Source of the DNA: a virus
IMG/VR virus record: IMGVR_UViG_3300035180_002574
Location: 96,001 to 160,000 of that record
Length of the DNA stretch: 64,000 nt
Direction: 5' to 3' (one strand)
The notes beneath the pieces were generated by a model. That model searched no databases. It was given only the letters and a program-made list of their open reading frames with translations, and was not told the origin of the DNA. Of the stretch, positions 39,956 through 50,181 are shown one piece after another; position 1 is the first letter of the stretch, and every line of letters starts with the position of its first letter. Made by a program: the position numbers and the translations under genes.

Positions 39956-40786
39956 TTACACCACTTGACCATTAATGCCTTGATACCAAATGGCAAAGTT
40001 ACTAGCAGTGGCGTTAGCTGTACCAGTTGTGAGATTAGATACGACAAGTCCCCAATATAATGGTAATCTGTCCACTCCAAATGTTCTACAAAAACTAAAA
40101 GGACCCGCTATTTTTACGGTATTTGCGGTAGGAGTATTTACCTGTGCCAATAATGGTAAATTAGGAGGTGATGTTAAAGTCACCGCACTATCAGTTCCCG
40201 TAATACCTTCTGGATATGCAGTACCATCGCTAGCATAACCATATACGTTAAAATAGCTGGTAGCAACTACAGTAGAACCCGGACAAACTTTAACCCAAAA
40301 TAAAACATCTTCATATAGGGTTGTAGAATTATTTATTGCAGTACTAGCTCTTGACGCCGCAGCGCCTAAGCTCGCTAAAGTAATGGTTACGCCCTGATTA
40401 GCGGCGCCATATACTGGCTTGATTGTTCCACGCACGGTGGTGGCTACTAATTTAGAAAATGCAGTTACAGTTGTTCCAGAAAATGATGGAGTGGTGCCTC
40501 CCACTGTCCAAGATATTTTAGCAGTTGGAGAATTTACTAGCAACATTGTTACTACCTGCGTGCCCGCCGCATTGATAGTTGTGGAAGATTTTGAAATTCC
40601 AACTTGGGTTGATTCGTCTGCTGGATCAACCTCTGTTATTGTAAATACAATTGTTGGGGAGGTCCCTGTAGGAGCGTTAGCTATATGTATAACTATAGAT
40701 ACTTCTTGAGAGGCTCCGGCTCTAAAAACGTAGCTACCATTGGTAGTAACGGTGGCATTACTTAATACTGCATCTACGGTTCCCAT
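39956..40786 (-). CDS. Two-domain jelly-roll virion protein
   Basis: Start at ATG 40786 (TAATG overlap); Thr/Ser-rich beta-sandwich domains. Confidence 0.5.
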   Translation of the reverse strand: MGTVDAVLSNATVTTNGSYVFRAGASQEVSIVIHIANAPTGTSPTIVFTITEVDPADESTQVGISKSSTTINAAGTQVVTMLLVNSPTAKISWTVGGTTPSFSGTTVTAFSKLVATTVRGTIKPVYGAANQGVTITLASLGAAASRASTAINNSTTLYEDVLFWVKVCPGSTVVATSYFNVYGYASDGTAYPEGITGTDSAVTLTSPPNLPLLAQVNTPTANTVKIAGPFSFCRTFGVDRLPLYWGLVVSNLTTGTANATASNFAIWYQGINGQVV

Positions 40787-43700
40787 TATCTTACCTCTAC
40801 CCAAGTAATATTTGCTCTGGCTCTAGTTTTGCCAACCGATTCACATGTTGCAACCAATGTCAATGTGTCTTGGCTCGTGTTGGATCCTAGACCGGCAAAA
40901 CCAGGCATTCTTAATTTTCTTCCTAACATATCAAATAATGGCGATAAATCGACATAATCAGAATCTATGTCATTATTCAAAAATCCACGCAAAATTAATT
41001 CTCCGCCAGAATATGAAGTGGCTGACACATCATATTCAACTCCAGAAAGAGCTGATGCTGAAGTATATGACGCACCCGTTAACGTAGCATTATATATCAG
41101 TTTCCAGCTCATTTTATAACCTTCGGTACTGACGGTGAGTACTTTTGGTAAGATGACCATTCTATTGGTAATAGAATTGTATAATGATTTTGGTCTAATA
41201 GTCATAATTGGAATTTCTGTTGTACCAACCAACAAATCACTTGCAGTAAATGCAGAGAATGACCACTCAAATGGTTCATGAATTTGACCTTGTGCCCCAA
41301 CACGAGCACAAATCATTGTCAATGAGCCCGCAGATGAAGCTCCAGAATTTGCAATTCTAAATTGAACCGGCAATTGAGCTGTAGCCGTATAAGGAACTGT
41401 CAAAGTATTTGCGTGTAATGATTCGTGAACTAATATATTGTCTATAAAATATCTTACAGTTCCAACTCCATACCACTGTACTTCAATTTCATATAAATTG
41501 CCCTTTGTAACATCTAGTGTAATTGAGCTAAGACCGGTGCCATCAAGCTTATCAACGTTCCATAAGTTTTGAGGAATTATTGTATCAACAACAGATCCTG
41601 AAGTATTTGATCTTTCTACTATATTTAGAGCAGTTCCAGATAATCTAAAGAACAATCCGTTATATCCATCAAAATATCCCCATTCACGAACCTGATTTGC
41701 TTGACCAGAATCTGAATTAATTATAGATAAGGCGATTAATTGAGTATAACCTGCCTGATATTTGAAATAAGTATTTGTGCAAATAGCTGCGGTGGACCCA
41801 GAAGTTCCAGTTACTGATACCCTTAATGCTGATAATGCTGGAACATGAACTGCAGTTCCGCCAGTTGCAGTTAAAGTATCCCACTGCCTAGTGTCTAATT
41901 CATATTTATTTGTTAAATCAGATAGCGTATAAAGCCCAGCAACTTTTATTTCTTGAGAAATAGTTGCTCTGATGGTCCTATTATTAGTATCTTTTATACT
42001 AGATAATGTATTTAGTGGGTCTCCAATAAATGAATTTGCTACCTCTAAACGATCACTATTACAGAAATAAACAGAGTCGCAATAGAGAGTAGTGTTGCTT
42101 GCAGGTGTTCCAGTATTGGTTATTCCAACTACATAATTTAGTTGATCATATGGTCCTGGAATATGCAAATTATTAACGGCAACCAAAGTTCCATTAATAG
42201 AAAGAGTTGCTTTTGCTCCAGTAATATCTATTTGAAATAAATTATTATTTAATAATGACGCACCTGCTGGCAAAATAACATTCGTAATTTCAGTTGCATA
42301 TGATGCATTTAAACTTGATGTAATAAAGCTTACTTGATTGTTATTAGTTCCGCTAATTTGAACCATAACTTGTTTTATTGGATTAGCCGGCGTGCTTGCA
42401 GTATCAATAAATCCAAAAAACGCAGTTTGATTTGCAATGTTTTGCGAAATATTAACCCAGGCGCTACAACTAAATGGCAAATAATCAGCTTTTCTTTGAA
42501 TATAAGTAGAGCTTCCGCTTGTTGTTCCAGAAGCTATCACAAGATTCGAATTTGATATTGTAAGACTTCCTCCAGAACCAGTAAATGTTTTCCAATTACT
42601 TACTACGGCTGTCGTTGCCGCAGTAGTTCCAGTATATACGGAACTTAATGTTAAGCTTGTATCGCTATTTACAGAAGAAACTAACACATATAATGTTTCT
42701 GCGTCTGATGATTTTTTAATAAATTGACCAACAAGAACTGATTTTGTAAAGTTTGTTCCAGATCCAGTTACTATATTTGAATTATTAGTGAAAGTTACTG
42801 TTCCAGCCAGAGTTGTTGTTAAAGTAGTTCCAACAAAATCGTCTCTAAAACTACCCTCATCTGTAGTTATTGATCCGTGTGTTTCTAATCTTCCAGAAGT
42901 ATCTAACGCAATTCCATTATTAACTAATGTGTCAGTGCTTGACGGATCTGGTTGATATGACGTATAAACAGCACCGGCTACAGGCTGGTATGTTGCAGTA
43001 CCATCAATGCGTAATGCCCCCGCAGTTGTAAGTGATAGCGCGCTCATCTGCCCAGTCGTATAAGTTGGCGGCAAAGTTGTTACAGAACCACCAATGTATG
43101 TGGCAGAAGCGGGTGGAGCTGTACCAGTAGTTGATACAGATGGGTTGGATGTAGAAACAGATCCTGTAATTCTTAAATTGCCGCTACCATCGACAGATAA
43201 TGGCGCCATGTTACCATCGGTCCATGTTGGCGCCGATGTATTTGCCTTGGCTACTAAAACTGGTAATTTAGCGGTTGAATTTGCGGTGTTATCAGTACCC
43301 GTTCCAATTACAGTAAAATTTCCAGATCCAGAAACAGTTTGAGTTCCAGAGGGAATATTTCTAGTAATTAATCCATATTCAGTTCCACCTGGTGCAGATG
43401 CGGAGGTGCGTAATGCTTGTATATTTACAGAATCGCTTCCACCAAGTAATACTGCTTGCGTTGGAAGATTAGATCCCACGTTTGAAGCAAATGTAGAATT
43501 AATTGTTAATGGATTTGATCCAGTACCAAGTTCTACCGAGCCCCCAGATGAAGATTGCCTTAGATTGACGCCAAGTACATATTGTGTTCCAGCTCCAGAG
43601 TCAACATCAAATACCCTTCCCATTTGCATGTTAGTTCCATCACTAAAGCCACTTGCACTACCGGCTGGTGGTGTTGCAGAACCAAACATAGATGTTAATG

Positions 43701-43965
43701 ATGCTAATCCAGGAACTGAAACTGGTACCGGAGTTCCAGATGGCGAACCTTGAATAGTAATAACACCACCAGCAGGTGTTCCGGCAGTGCCGGCACCCAC
43801 CACTAATTGCCTTCCTGTAGTATCTAGCGCAATTAATCTATTATTTGATCCATCTGATCCGGCAATCAGTAAAGCTCTATTTGATGCCGTTGTTGTTGAG
43901 GCATTGGAAATTGAAATTTCATAACCATCAGATGAATATAATATAGACGTCGGAGTATTTCCCAT
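40786..43965 (-). CDS. Long fibre protein with C-terminal lectin-like domains
   Basis: 1059 aa; N-terminus paralogous to 44005..46011, Gly/Thr shaft, C-terminal FKYQAG...REWGYFDGYNGLFFRL ConA-like domain. Confidence 0.65.
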   Translation of the reverse strand: MGNTPTSILYSSDGYEISISNASTTTASNRALLIAGSDGSNNRLIALDTTGRQLVVGAGTAGTPAGGVITIQGSPSGTPVPVSVPGLASLTSMFGSATPPAGSASGFSDGTNMQMGRVFDVDSGAGTQYVLGVNLRQSSSGGSVELGTGSNPLTINSTFASNVGSNLPTQAVLLGGSDSVNIQALRTSASAPGGTEYGLITRNIPSGTQTVSGSGNFTVIGTGTDNTANSTAKLPVLVAKANTSAPTWTDGNMAPLSVDGSGNLRITGSVSTSNPSVSTTGTAPPASATYIGGSVTTLPPTYTTGQMSALSLTTAGALRIDGTATYQPVAGAVYTSYQPDPSSTDTLVNNGIALDTSGRLETHGSITTDEGSFRDDFVGTTLTTTLAGTVTFTNNSNIVTGSGTNFTKSVLVGQFIKKSSDAETLYVLVSSVNSDTSLTLSSVYTGTTAATTAVVSNWKTFTGSGGSLTISNSNLVIASGTTSGSSTYIQRKADYLPFSCSAWVNISQNIANQTAFFGFIDTASTPANPIKQVMVQISGTNNNQVSFITSSLNASYATEITNVILPAGASLLNNNLFQIDITGAKATLSINGTLVAVNNLHIPGPYDQLNYVVGITNTGTPASNTTLYCDSVYFCNSDRLEVANSFIGDPLNTLSSIKDTNNRTIRATISQEIKVAGLYTLSDLTNKYELDTRQWDTLTATGGTAVHVPALSALRVSVTGTSGSTAAICTNTYFKYQAGYTQLIALSIINSDSGQANQVREWGYFDGYNGLFFRLSGTALNIVERSNTSGSVVDTIIPQNLWNVDKLDGTGLSSITLDVTKGNLYEIEVQWYGVGTVRYFIDNILVHESLHANTLTVPYTATAQLPVQFRIANSGASSAGSLTMICARVGAQGQIHEPFEWSFSAFTASDLLVGTTEIPIMTIRPKSLYNSITNRMVILPKVLTVSTEGYKMSWKLIYNATLTGASYTSASALSGVEYDVSATSYSGGELILRGFLNNDIDSDYVDLSPLFDMLGRKLRMPGFAGLGSNTSQDTLTLVATCESVGKTRARANITWVEVR

Positions 43966-44004
43966 ATGATTTCCTTATTATCTTATTATATCAAGATAAT
44001 ATTA

Positions 44005-46011
44005 TTATGTAAATTCTGTAATTTTAGCAGAGCCAGCAACGGAGGTCCAGATAGCATCTATCTGTCCAGTATAATTAACTGGAATATCCCAAGAACCCTG
44101 TCCAAAGATCTTTACAGTAAAACTTGTGCTGGAGGCAGTGGCTCCACACTTAACGAGAACGGTTCCATTATTAGAATCATTATAAATTGTTCCGCCCAAC
44201 CTGTTTGCATTAGAAGCTAGCAAAGTAGTATTTGTTCCAGTAGCTGCAACAGATGTTACTGTCGCAATGGAAGATTTAACTGGGGTTGCTGTAGTTGCTA
44301 ATGCGCCAGTTGCATCAGTCTTAAGACTTCTTGCATTGGTTCCATCAGAACCTGCAATTAATACTGGGTTTCCAGCAACGGCGGAACCATTTGCTGCTGC
44401 ACCAATAACAATTTGTCTTCCAGATGAATCTGTAAGTAATGCTTTTAAATTAGAGCCATCTGAACCACCGGACAAACTGGCAGAAGCTGGAGCGGCAGAT
44501 CCAGTAGTTCCAATAGATGCGTTAGTAAAGTTTCCTGTACCAGCGTTGGCTGTTACTGTCCAAGTGCCAGATTGAGTGGCTAGAATATTTGAATCGCTAG
44601 ATACCGTTACTCTTGGAATACCAGCACCAGAAGTTCCTGTACCAGTTACAACGTTACTTCCACCAAATTGTGTAACGTTTTGTGACCAAGGAGCACCACC
44701 TTGATTTGCTGTTACAGTTCCGCTTACCGGCTGAGTTACAGCGGAGCCGTCAACACGCAATGCACCGCCAGTAGTTAATGATAAATAATTGAAAGTATTA
44801 TTTGTATATGTTGGGGCTGAAGTTGTTACATAGCCGTCAATATTTGTTGCAATTGACGTATTTGGGCTAATAGAAACAACCAATGCTGGATCGGTGGCGG
44901 TTGCTGCTGTAGATGCAGGTTTAACAGCCGCGGTATTTCCTCCGGCGTTAATAGATGTTAACCAAGGAGTGCTATTAGCAGTATTTCCTGGCTGAACAGT
45001 CCATGTACCAGATTGAGTTGCTAAAATGTTTGAGTCATTGGCAACAGTAACTCTTGGGATTCCAACTCCAGATGCGCCAGTTCCAGTTACAACGTTATTT
45101 CCGCCAAACTGAGTGATATTTTGGGTCCAAGGAGCGCCACCCTGGTTAGAGGTGACTGTTCCTGAAACTGGAATTGGTGTGCCAGAAGCATTACCTTGAA
45201 CGGTTACTAATCCGGTAGAAGATCCAGATCCAGCAGCGGTTGTACCAACAATGGTAGCATTCAAGTTTGCGGCAGTTGCCTGAGAAACTTGAATTGGGGT
45301 CATGCTTGCAATACCCTGAACGGTTACAACTCCAGTTGCAGCAGATCCAGCAGAACCAGTACCAATAACATTGAAATTGCCAGTGCCTGCATTTGCTGTT
45401 ACCGTACCGGAAACTGGTTGAGTTACAGCTGATCCGTCAACCTTTAATGCTCCGCCAGCAGATACAGTTGCTGAATTTCCACCCTGATTAATTGTAAATA
45501 GCCATGGAGTGCTATTAGCAGTATTTCCAGGTTGAACTATCCACGTACCAGATTGAGTTGACGCAACGGTACCAGAAACAGTTTGGGTTCCTGAAGGGAT
45601 GTTTCTTGTAATTAGTCCAAATTCAGTTCCAGCAGGATTGGAGGTTGACCCTCTAAGAACTTGTAAGTTTGTACCATCAGAAACACCTATTTGAGTTGAA
45701 GATCCTGGTATAGCAGAACCGTTTACTCCGATAGAAGCGTTGTTTGCGGTAATAGAACCGGAAATTGGAATTGGAGTTCCAGATGCTGAACCTTGAATGG
45801 TTATTACACCACCAGCCGGGGATCCTGCGGTTCCAGCACCCACCATAACTTGTCTGCCAGAAGAATCTACTGATAAATATCTTGCGTTAGCGCCATCAGA
45901 ACCAGCTAAAATTAGCGCTGAGGTACTTGCTGGTATTGCAATACCATTTTTTACTGTTACTTCATAGCCGTCTGAGCTATAAAGAATTGCAACTGGCGAA
46001 TTAGAACCCAT
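44005..46011 (-). CDS. Repetitive fibre protein
   Basis: 668 aa of internally repeated modules (GSDGxNxxxLxxDxxG, VTQPVSGTVTAN, NVVTGTGxSGxGIPRVTV) and a short C-terminal beta domain. Confidence 0.7.
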   Translation of the reverse strand: MGSNSPVAILYSSDGYEVTVKNGIAIPASTSALILAGSDGANARYLSVDSSGRQVMVGAGTAGSPAGGVITIQGSASGTPIPISGSITANNASIGVNGSAIPGSSTQIGVSDGTNLQVLRGSTSNPAGTEFGLITRNIPSGTQTVSGTVASTQSGTWIVQPGNTANSTPWLFTINQGGNSATVSAGGALKVDGSAVTQPVSGTVTANAGTGNFNVIGTGSAGSAATGVVTVQGIASMTPIQVSQATAANLNATIVGTTAAGSGSSTGLVTVQGNASGTPIPVSGTVTSNQGGAPWTQNITQFGGNNVVTGTGASGVGIPRVTVANDSNILATQSGTWTVQPGNTANSTPWLTSINAGGNTAAVKPASTAATATDPALVVSISPNTSIATNIDGYVTTSAPTYTNNTFNYLSLTTGGALRVDGSAVTQPVSGTVTANQGGAPWSQNVTQFGGSNVVTGTGTSGAGIPRVTVSSDSNILATQSGTWTVTANAGTGNFTNASIGTTGSAAPASASLSGGSDGSNLKALLTDSSGRQIVIGAAANGSAVAGNPVLIAGSDGTNARSLKTDATGALATTATPVKSSIATVTSVAATGTNTTLLASNANRLGGTIYNDSNNGTVLVKCGATASSTSFTVKIFGQGSWDIPVNYTGQIDAIWTSVAGSAKITEFT
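44420..45700 (-). repeat. Diverged internal coding repeats of the fibre gene
   Basis: About 160-nt segments near 44560-44720 and 45000-45160 encode near-identical peptides with many synonymous differences; further shorter modules recur. Confidence 0.8.
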
Positions 46012-46022
46012 AATTTACCCCA

Positions 46023-46547
46023 TTAAATAACAGTTCTTATCCTATTAATTTCGAAAACACCACTATAATTAATAGTATCCACTGCTGTAACTAAAATTGT
46101 TGTACCGTCTGTATCATATACCTTCCAAGTAATAGTAGATATAGTTTTATTTGGATTATATACGTAATTTTCTTCTAAAATCTTATATGTTTTGGTAGCA
46201 TCTGTATACCAAATTACAGATGTTGGAAATGGGCTAGCTGTAGGCGTAATCTCTCTATAAAGAGCAGGTCCAAATGATTCATAAGGACCACCGCCATCCG
46301 CCAAATGTATAAGTTGTCTTAAACCTTTATGAGTATTTACGGTTACTTCATCCGCGCCGCCAACTCCAACCCATGCAGGAGTTACTGCAGTTAACATCCA
46401 TAAACTGTTGTCATCTAATTGTCTAGCTAATTTACCAACATCGGATGATAAAAATCCGGTGGCACTAGTACGTTCCGAGGCATTATTATAAACAAACGCA
46501 TACGGAAGATGTATATTTTCTGGCTGTAAGTTTTTATGCAAACTCAT
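46023..46547 (-). CDS. Putative virion protein
   Basis: 174 aa; LHKNL..ENIHLPYAF..NNASERT....DVGKLARQLDDNSLWML...W fibre-associated pattern. Confidence 0.5.
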   Translation of the reverse strand: MSLHKNLQPENIHLPYAFVYNNASERTSATGFLSSDVGKLARQLDDNSLWMLTAVTPAWVGVGGADEVTVNTHKGLRQLIHLADGGGPYESFGPALYREITPTASPFPTSVIWYTDATKTYKILEENYVYNPNKTISTITWKVYDTDGTTILVTAVDTINYSGVFEINRIRTVI

Positions 46548-47176
46548 TAAACCGCCTTTTTCAATGCGTCACCATCATTGATATAAGTAATGCTTCCGTC
46601 TATATCTAAGATAAAACTATTAGCAGATAGTGTTAAAATGCCTCCAACTACTTTTGCATCAAGAAATCCATCAGTCAAAACATTTACCGTACCAACAGTG
46701 CCATAAGGAACGCCATCAATTTGCACACCTACACCAGATGGTAAGCTAACAATTTGCTTAATTGCATCTTCCACATTATTGGCACTAAGTCCAGTACCTC
46801 TTGGGTCAAATCCTACTTTTTTTGCACCCGCTGGATATCTGAATTGAACTGTTCCACCAGTAGAACTGGTTATCGTTTCATTAATAGAAAATGATGTGTC
46901 ACTCAAGACAGAATTGACGGTATAATATCCATCTGCAATTCCGCCGGGCAACGTTCCATAAATCCAAGCAATGTCATTTGGCTCGACAGGATGATCAGTG
47001 CTATATAAAATGCCATTACCATCCGAAGCCACATTAATATTGATTATATTTGGCGTAATTGTAGAAACAATAGATGTAGATAAGTAGATGCTATTATCCC
47101 CATATCCATCTGAGGCTAACTCATATGCATCTACTATATCTGTATCAAATATGTCTTGTTTTCTAATTGGCATCAA
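46547..47176 (-). CDS. Putative virion protein
   Basis: 209 aa; two DGY motifs, GYYTVNSVLSDTSF beta-barrel module, LSANNVEDAI fibre motif. Confidence 0.5.
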   Translation of the reverse strand: MMPIRKQDIFDTDIVDAYELASDGYGDNSIYLSTSIVSTITPNIININVASDGNGILYSTDHPVEPNDIAWIYGTLPGGIADGYYTVNSVLSDTSFSINETITSSTGGTVQFRYPAGAKKVGFDPRGTGLSANNVEDAIKQIVSLPSGVGVQIDGVPYGTVGTVNVLTDGFLDAKVVGGILTLSANSFILDIDGSITYINDGDALKKAV

Positions 47177-47203
47177 AATTTATGCCAAATTATTCATTTG
47201 AAA

Positions 47204-47623
47204 TTAAGATCTCTTCTTTTTGCTGGAAACTTTTTTGTCCTCAGAACGATCCTCATTTATTTGCTTTTCTAAAGATTCTTTTTCAAGTGCATCTTTTATT
47301 AATTTTTCTTTTTCAGATTGTTCATCAGCCAGCATTTGCTTCTCTTGTTCTGCCTTTTCAGCAAGTGTTACAAACCCGCTAAGTACTCCATATATAATAC
47401 TGCTAACTGAAGCAAATGCACCGGCTTGACCATCAAAAACTGCGGCTTGGCGACGTAAATTTTCAGCTTGCGTCAAACAGTTTTGTCTGTTTTTTTCGGC
47501 ATCATTCATAATTTGAATAAGGGTTGCTTCAAAAATATCCCTTCCATCTTCAGCAATTACTCCCTTTAAAATTGCGTCTTGAAATTTTTGTCTTAATTTT
47601 GCAATATCTTCAGTAAATGACAT
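47204..47623 (-). CDS. Coiled-coil hypothetical protein
   Basis: 139 aa helical with charged C-tail. Confidence 0.5.
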   Translation of the reverse strand: MSFTEDIAKLRQKFQDAILKGVIAEDGRDIFEATLIQIMNDAEKNRQNCLTQAENLRRQAAVFDGQAGAFASVSSIIYGVLSGFVTLAEKAEQEKQMLADEQSEKEKLIKDALEKESLEKQINEDRSEDKKVSSKKKRS

Positions 47624-47643
47624 AATACTTTCTTTCTTTTATT

Positions 47644-47877
47644 TTATTTTATTAATCCTTGTTTTTTGCATTTAGCCATATGATGCGCTACTATTAAGCA
47701 CAATTCACAATAAATGCCATGTATACCGTGACCAGATACTTCGAAAAATTTTGTAGGTTCTTCTGGATTATCTGGACCTTGCCTCTTAAAAAAAGGAGGC
47801 GCCTCATGACCACTGGCGCACCAATGATTATGAGGCGGATCAACTTCTTTTTGAATAAAATCTTCTTCCAAAAACAT
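47644..47877 (-). CDS. Small Cys/His protein
   Basis: 77 aa; HNHWCASGH...IYCELCL, possible Zn site. Confidence 0.45.
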   Translation of the reverse strand: MFLEEDFIQKEVDPPHNHWCASGHEAPPFFKRQGPDNPEEPTKFFEVSGHGIHGIYCELCLIVAHHMAKCKKQGLIK

Positions 47878-47896
47878 CTTACATCATATTATATCA

Positions 47897-49405
47897 TTAA
47901 GTCTTAATAAAGTAATTTATGTGGTCGTTTTTGTTTATCATTTGATAGAATGTTACTGAAGTCGTGCTTGTTTCTGCATAATCATTTCCAGCAGCCACTG
48001 GTCCTGGATCTCTTAATAATCCACGAGTAAATATCCACAAATTCTGACCATTTCCAGTACCATCTAATGTGTATGAAATTCCACCAGGCAATGTGTGGGC
48101 GGTATTTGCCGAAATATGTCCAGACAATCTTTCAATCGTACGGGTTACGTGAGAAGAGGTAATTGCGTTAGATAGTGCCTGTAAAGATGCCGTTATTGTC
48201 TGTCCACTTGTTAAAATAGATCCAGTATAAGTTCTATTTCCAATTTGGGAATTCAAAGTATTTAAAGCATCAACAACGGTTGGTGTAGCATTAGGCAAAT
48301 TATAGAATGGGAAATATGTTGTTGTATTTGTTAATAAACCATTAAGATTGGTAGTTGTACTAACCGTACCTAAAGTTTCTAAAATATTATTAACTTGACC
48401 ACTCAAAGCTGCATCCGTCAAAACACCAAGTGCCGGAACAGTTCTAAAAGCGTTCTCATCTAATTGGTCTAGTCTTTCATTATAACCATACAATAAATTA
48501 ATTGTTGTTGGCTGTCCAGCTTCCCAAGTATATGCTGTGTGTGTTCCGGTATAATCTGCCCAGAATGGAGATGAATAGAAATGAACTTCTACAGAGTTTG
48601 GAGAAGTAGATAATCCCGCATAGGTAACACCAAAAATTCTTTCACCGGCATGAGGTCCCGTAAGTACGGTTAATTCACTTCCACTGGAATATCCATCTGT
48701 AATATGAACATAACATGAAGTCCAGTCCCCACTAAATGGGGCTGCATCGAAACAAGGAACTCCAGTATTATCAACAGCATCAGCATGTTTTAAATTTCCA
48801 ACAGATGATAAAGTTACCAAAGTATTGGTTGCAGCTACAGAAACATTAAAAAATGCTCTGTTAACGTTATAAGCAATGGCGTCTGTTGTTTTTCCTGCAA
48901 TATTTGTTAAATTGGCGCTAACATTTGTACCAACTGCGGTTGGTCTTTGATATGTTGGAACAGCGTCATACCAATTTGTGGTACCTTTAATTCCTTTACG
49001 ATCTGTTCTGGTATAATTGATGTCATCTTCTAAAGAATATGGCTGTCTTTCTGTCCATACAATGGCGCCGTTGTTGGCATCAGATGGTACGGCATTAACA
49101 TTGTAAATATCAACAGAGGTTGATGAGTTAAAATTAGCAATTAAAAATGTTCCATTGTTTGCAGAAGATGCTGCGCCAGAAATAGTTAACATATTAGTTA
49201 CGCTAGCTGCAGTCATTCCTGTTAGACCAGTTATTGTTGCAATTCCCGAAGAAACCGTGGTAATACTAGCAGCAGAGCCAGTTTGTCCGGCTATTGCCGC
49301 ACCAAATCCAGCAGCTTCATCAGATAATGTTAATGTTTGAGATTGAGTGTATGAACCAGCAATATCAAGAGCTTGGTTTAGTGCATTTTGTCTAGAAAAA
49401 CCCAT
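47897..49405 (-). CDS. Virion structural protein
   Basis: 502 aa Thr-rich; NNGTFLI beta-barrel module, VDALNTLN helical fibre motif, C-terminal GNDYAETSTTSVTF module. Confidence 0.55.
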   Translation of the reverse strand: MGFSRQNALNQALDIAGSYTQSQTLTLSDEAAGFGAAIAGQTGSAASITTVSSGIATITGLTGMTAASVTNMLTISGAASSANNGTFLIANFNSSTSVDIYNVNAVPSDANNGAIVWTERQPYSLEDDINYTRTDRKGIKGTTNWYDAVPTYQRPTAVGTNVSANLTNIAGKTTDAIAYNVNRAFFNVSVAATNTLVTLSSVGNLKHADAVDNTGVPCFDAAPFSGDWTSCYVHITDGYSSGSELTVLTGPHAGERIFGVTYAGLSTSPNSVEVHFYSSPFWADYTGTHTAYTWEAGQPTTINLLYGYNERLDQLDENAFRTVPALGVLTDAALSGQVNNILETLGTVSTTTNLNGLLTNTTTYFPFYNLPNATPTVVDALNTLNSQIGNRTYTGSILTSGQTITASLQALSNAITSSHVTRTIERLSGHISANTAHTLPGGISYTLDGTGNGQNLWIFTRGLLRDPGPVAAGNDYAETSTTSVTFYQMINKNDHINYFIKT

Positions 49406-49449
49406 TATATATCCTCGTGTAAGCTAATTTCCAAAACTATTACTATTTA

Positions 49450-50181
49450 TTATACTTTTTTAACGACATATGTGGCAAATAATATGCTATGATTGCTTGG
49501 AGTAAATGAAAATATATTGATAGTATCATATCCTGTACCAGCTCCGCCTGACTCAGCAATAGAATAATCTATTGCCTCATATAAATCTTTACCATTATGT
49601 TTTATATGAATATGAAACTGATCACCAGATGGTGTAAGACCATTTAAAAATTTTTCTGGAGTATAAAATGTTCTATTGGTACCATTTCTAAGTCCAATAA
49701 GCGGAATTTCTTCTCTCCACAAATAAGATACTCCGCCAGTTTGACTTTGAATATAAGCCTTCGTATCGTCGCCCAGCTCATCAACTCCAATATCAATTCC
49801 TTCTGTAAATCCGAAAGATTTCAAAAATTCTCGTTGTTTGTCGCTAAATTGAAGCAAATCTATATTGCTAGATACTAGAGCAATATCTCCGCATAAAAAT
49901 TTATGTCTTAATTCGCCTTTAAGAAGTGATGCTCTAATATCTGATTCTTGAACTCCCGGGATTTGAAGCAAATCTCGCGTTTGACCAGCATTAATTGGAT
50001 AATGAAAAATCTTTATTGTTTTTTGAGGCGACAAACGAAATACTTCAGATCTATATGGTGGAGGAATTTTAGGATCATCATTTTCTATGTGAAGTTTTGA
50101 ACTAGCAGTGCCAGTTATGTTTTTCACAATAAAATGAGTATTGTACTTCAAAGAATAAGCAAAATCACTTTCACTGCTCAT
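49450..50181 (-). CDS. Virion structural protein
   Basis: 243 aa; C-terminal GLRNGTNRTF...HNGKDLYEAIDYSI module common in phage structural proteins. Confidence 0.5.
   Translation of the reverse strand: MSSESDFAYSLKYNTHFIVKNITGTASSKLHIENDDPKIPPPYRSEVFRLSPQKTIKIFHYPINAGQTRDLLQIPGVQESDIRASLLKGELRHKFLCGDIALVSSNIDLLQFSDKQREFLKSFGFTEGIDIGVDELGDDTKAYIQSQTGGVSYLWREEIPLIGLRNGTNRTFYTPEKFLNGLTPSGDQFHIHIKHNGKDLYEAIDYSIAESGGAGTGYDTINIFSFTPSNHSILFATYVVKKV

Noticed and set aside
44005-46011. Repeated segments in the fibre gene as a DGR template/variable repeat pair
   Set aside because: Differences between copies are mostly synonymous and not adenine-specific, both copies lie mid-gene, and no reverse transcriptase is in the window.
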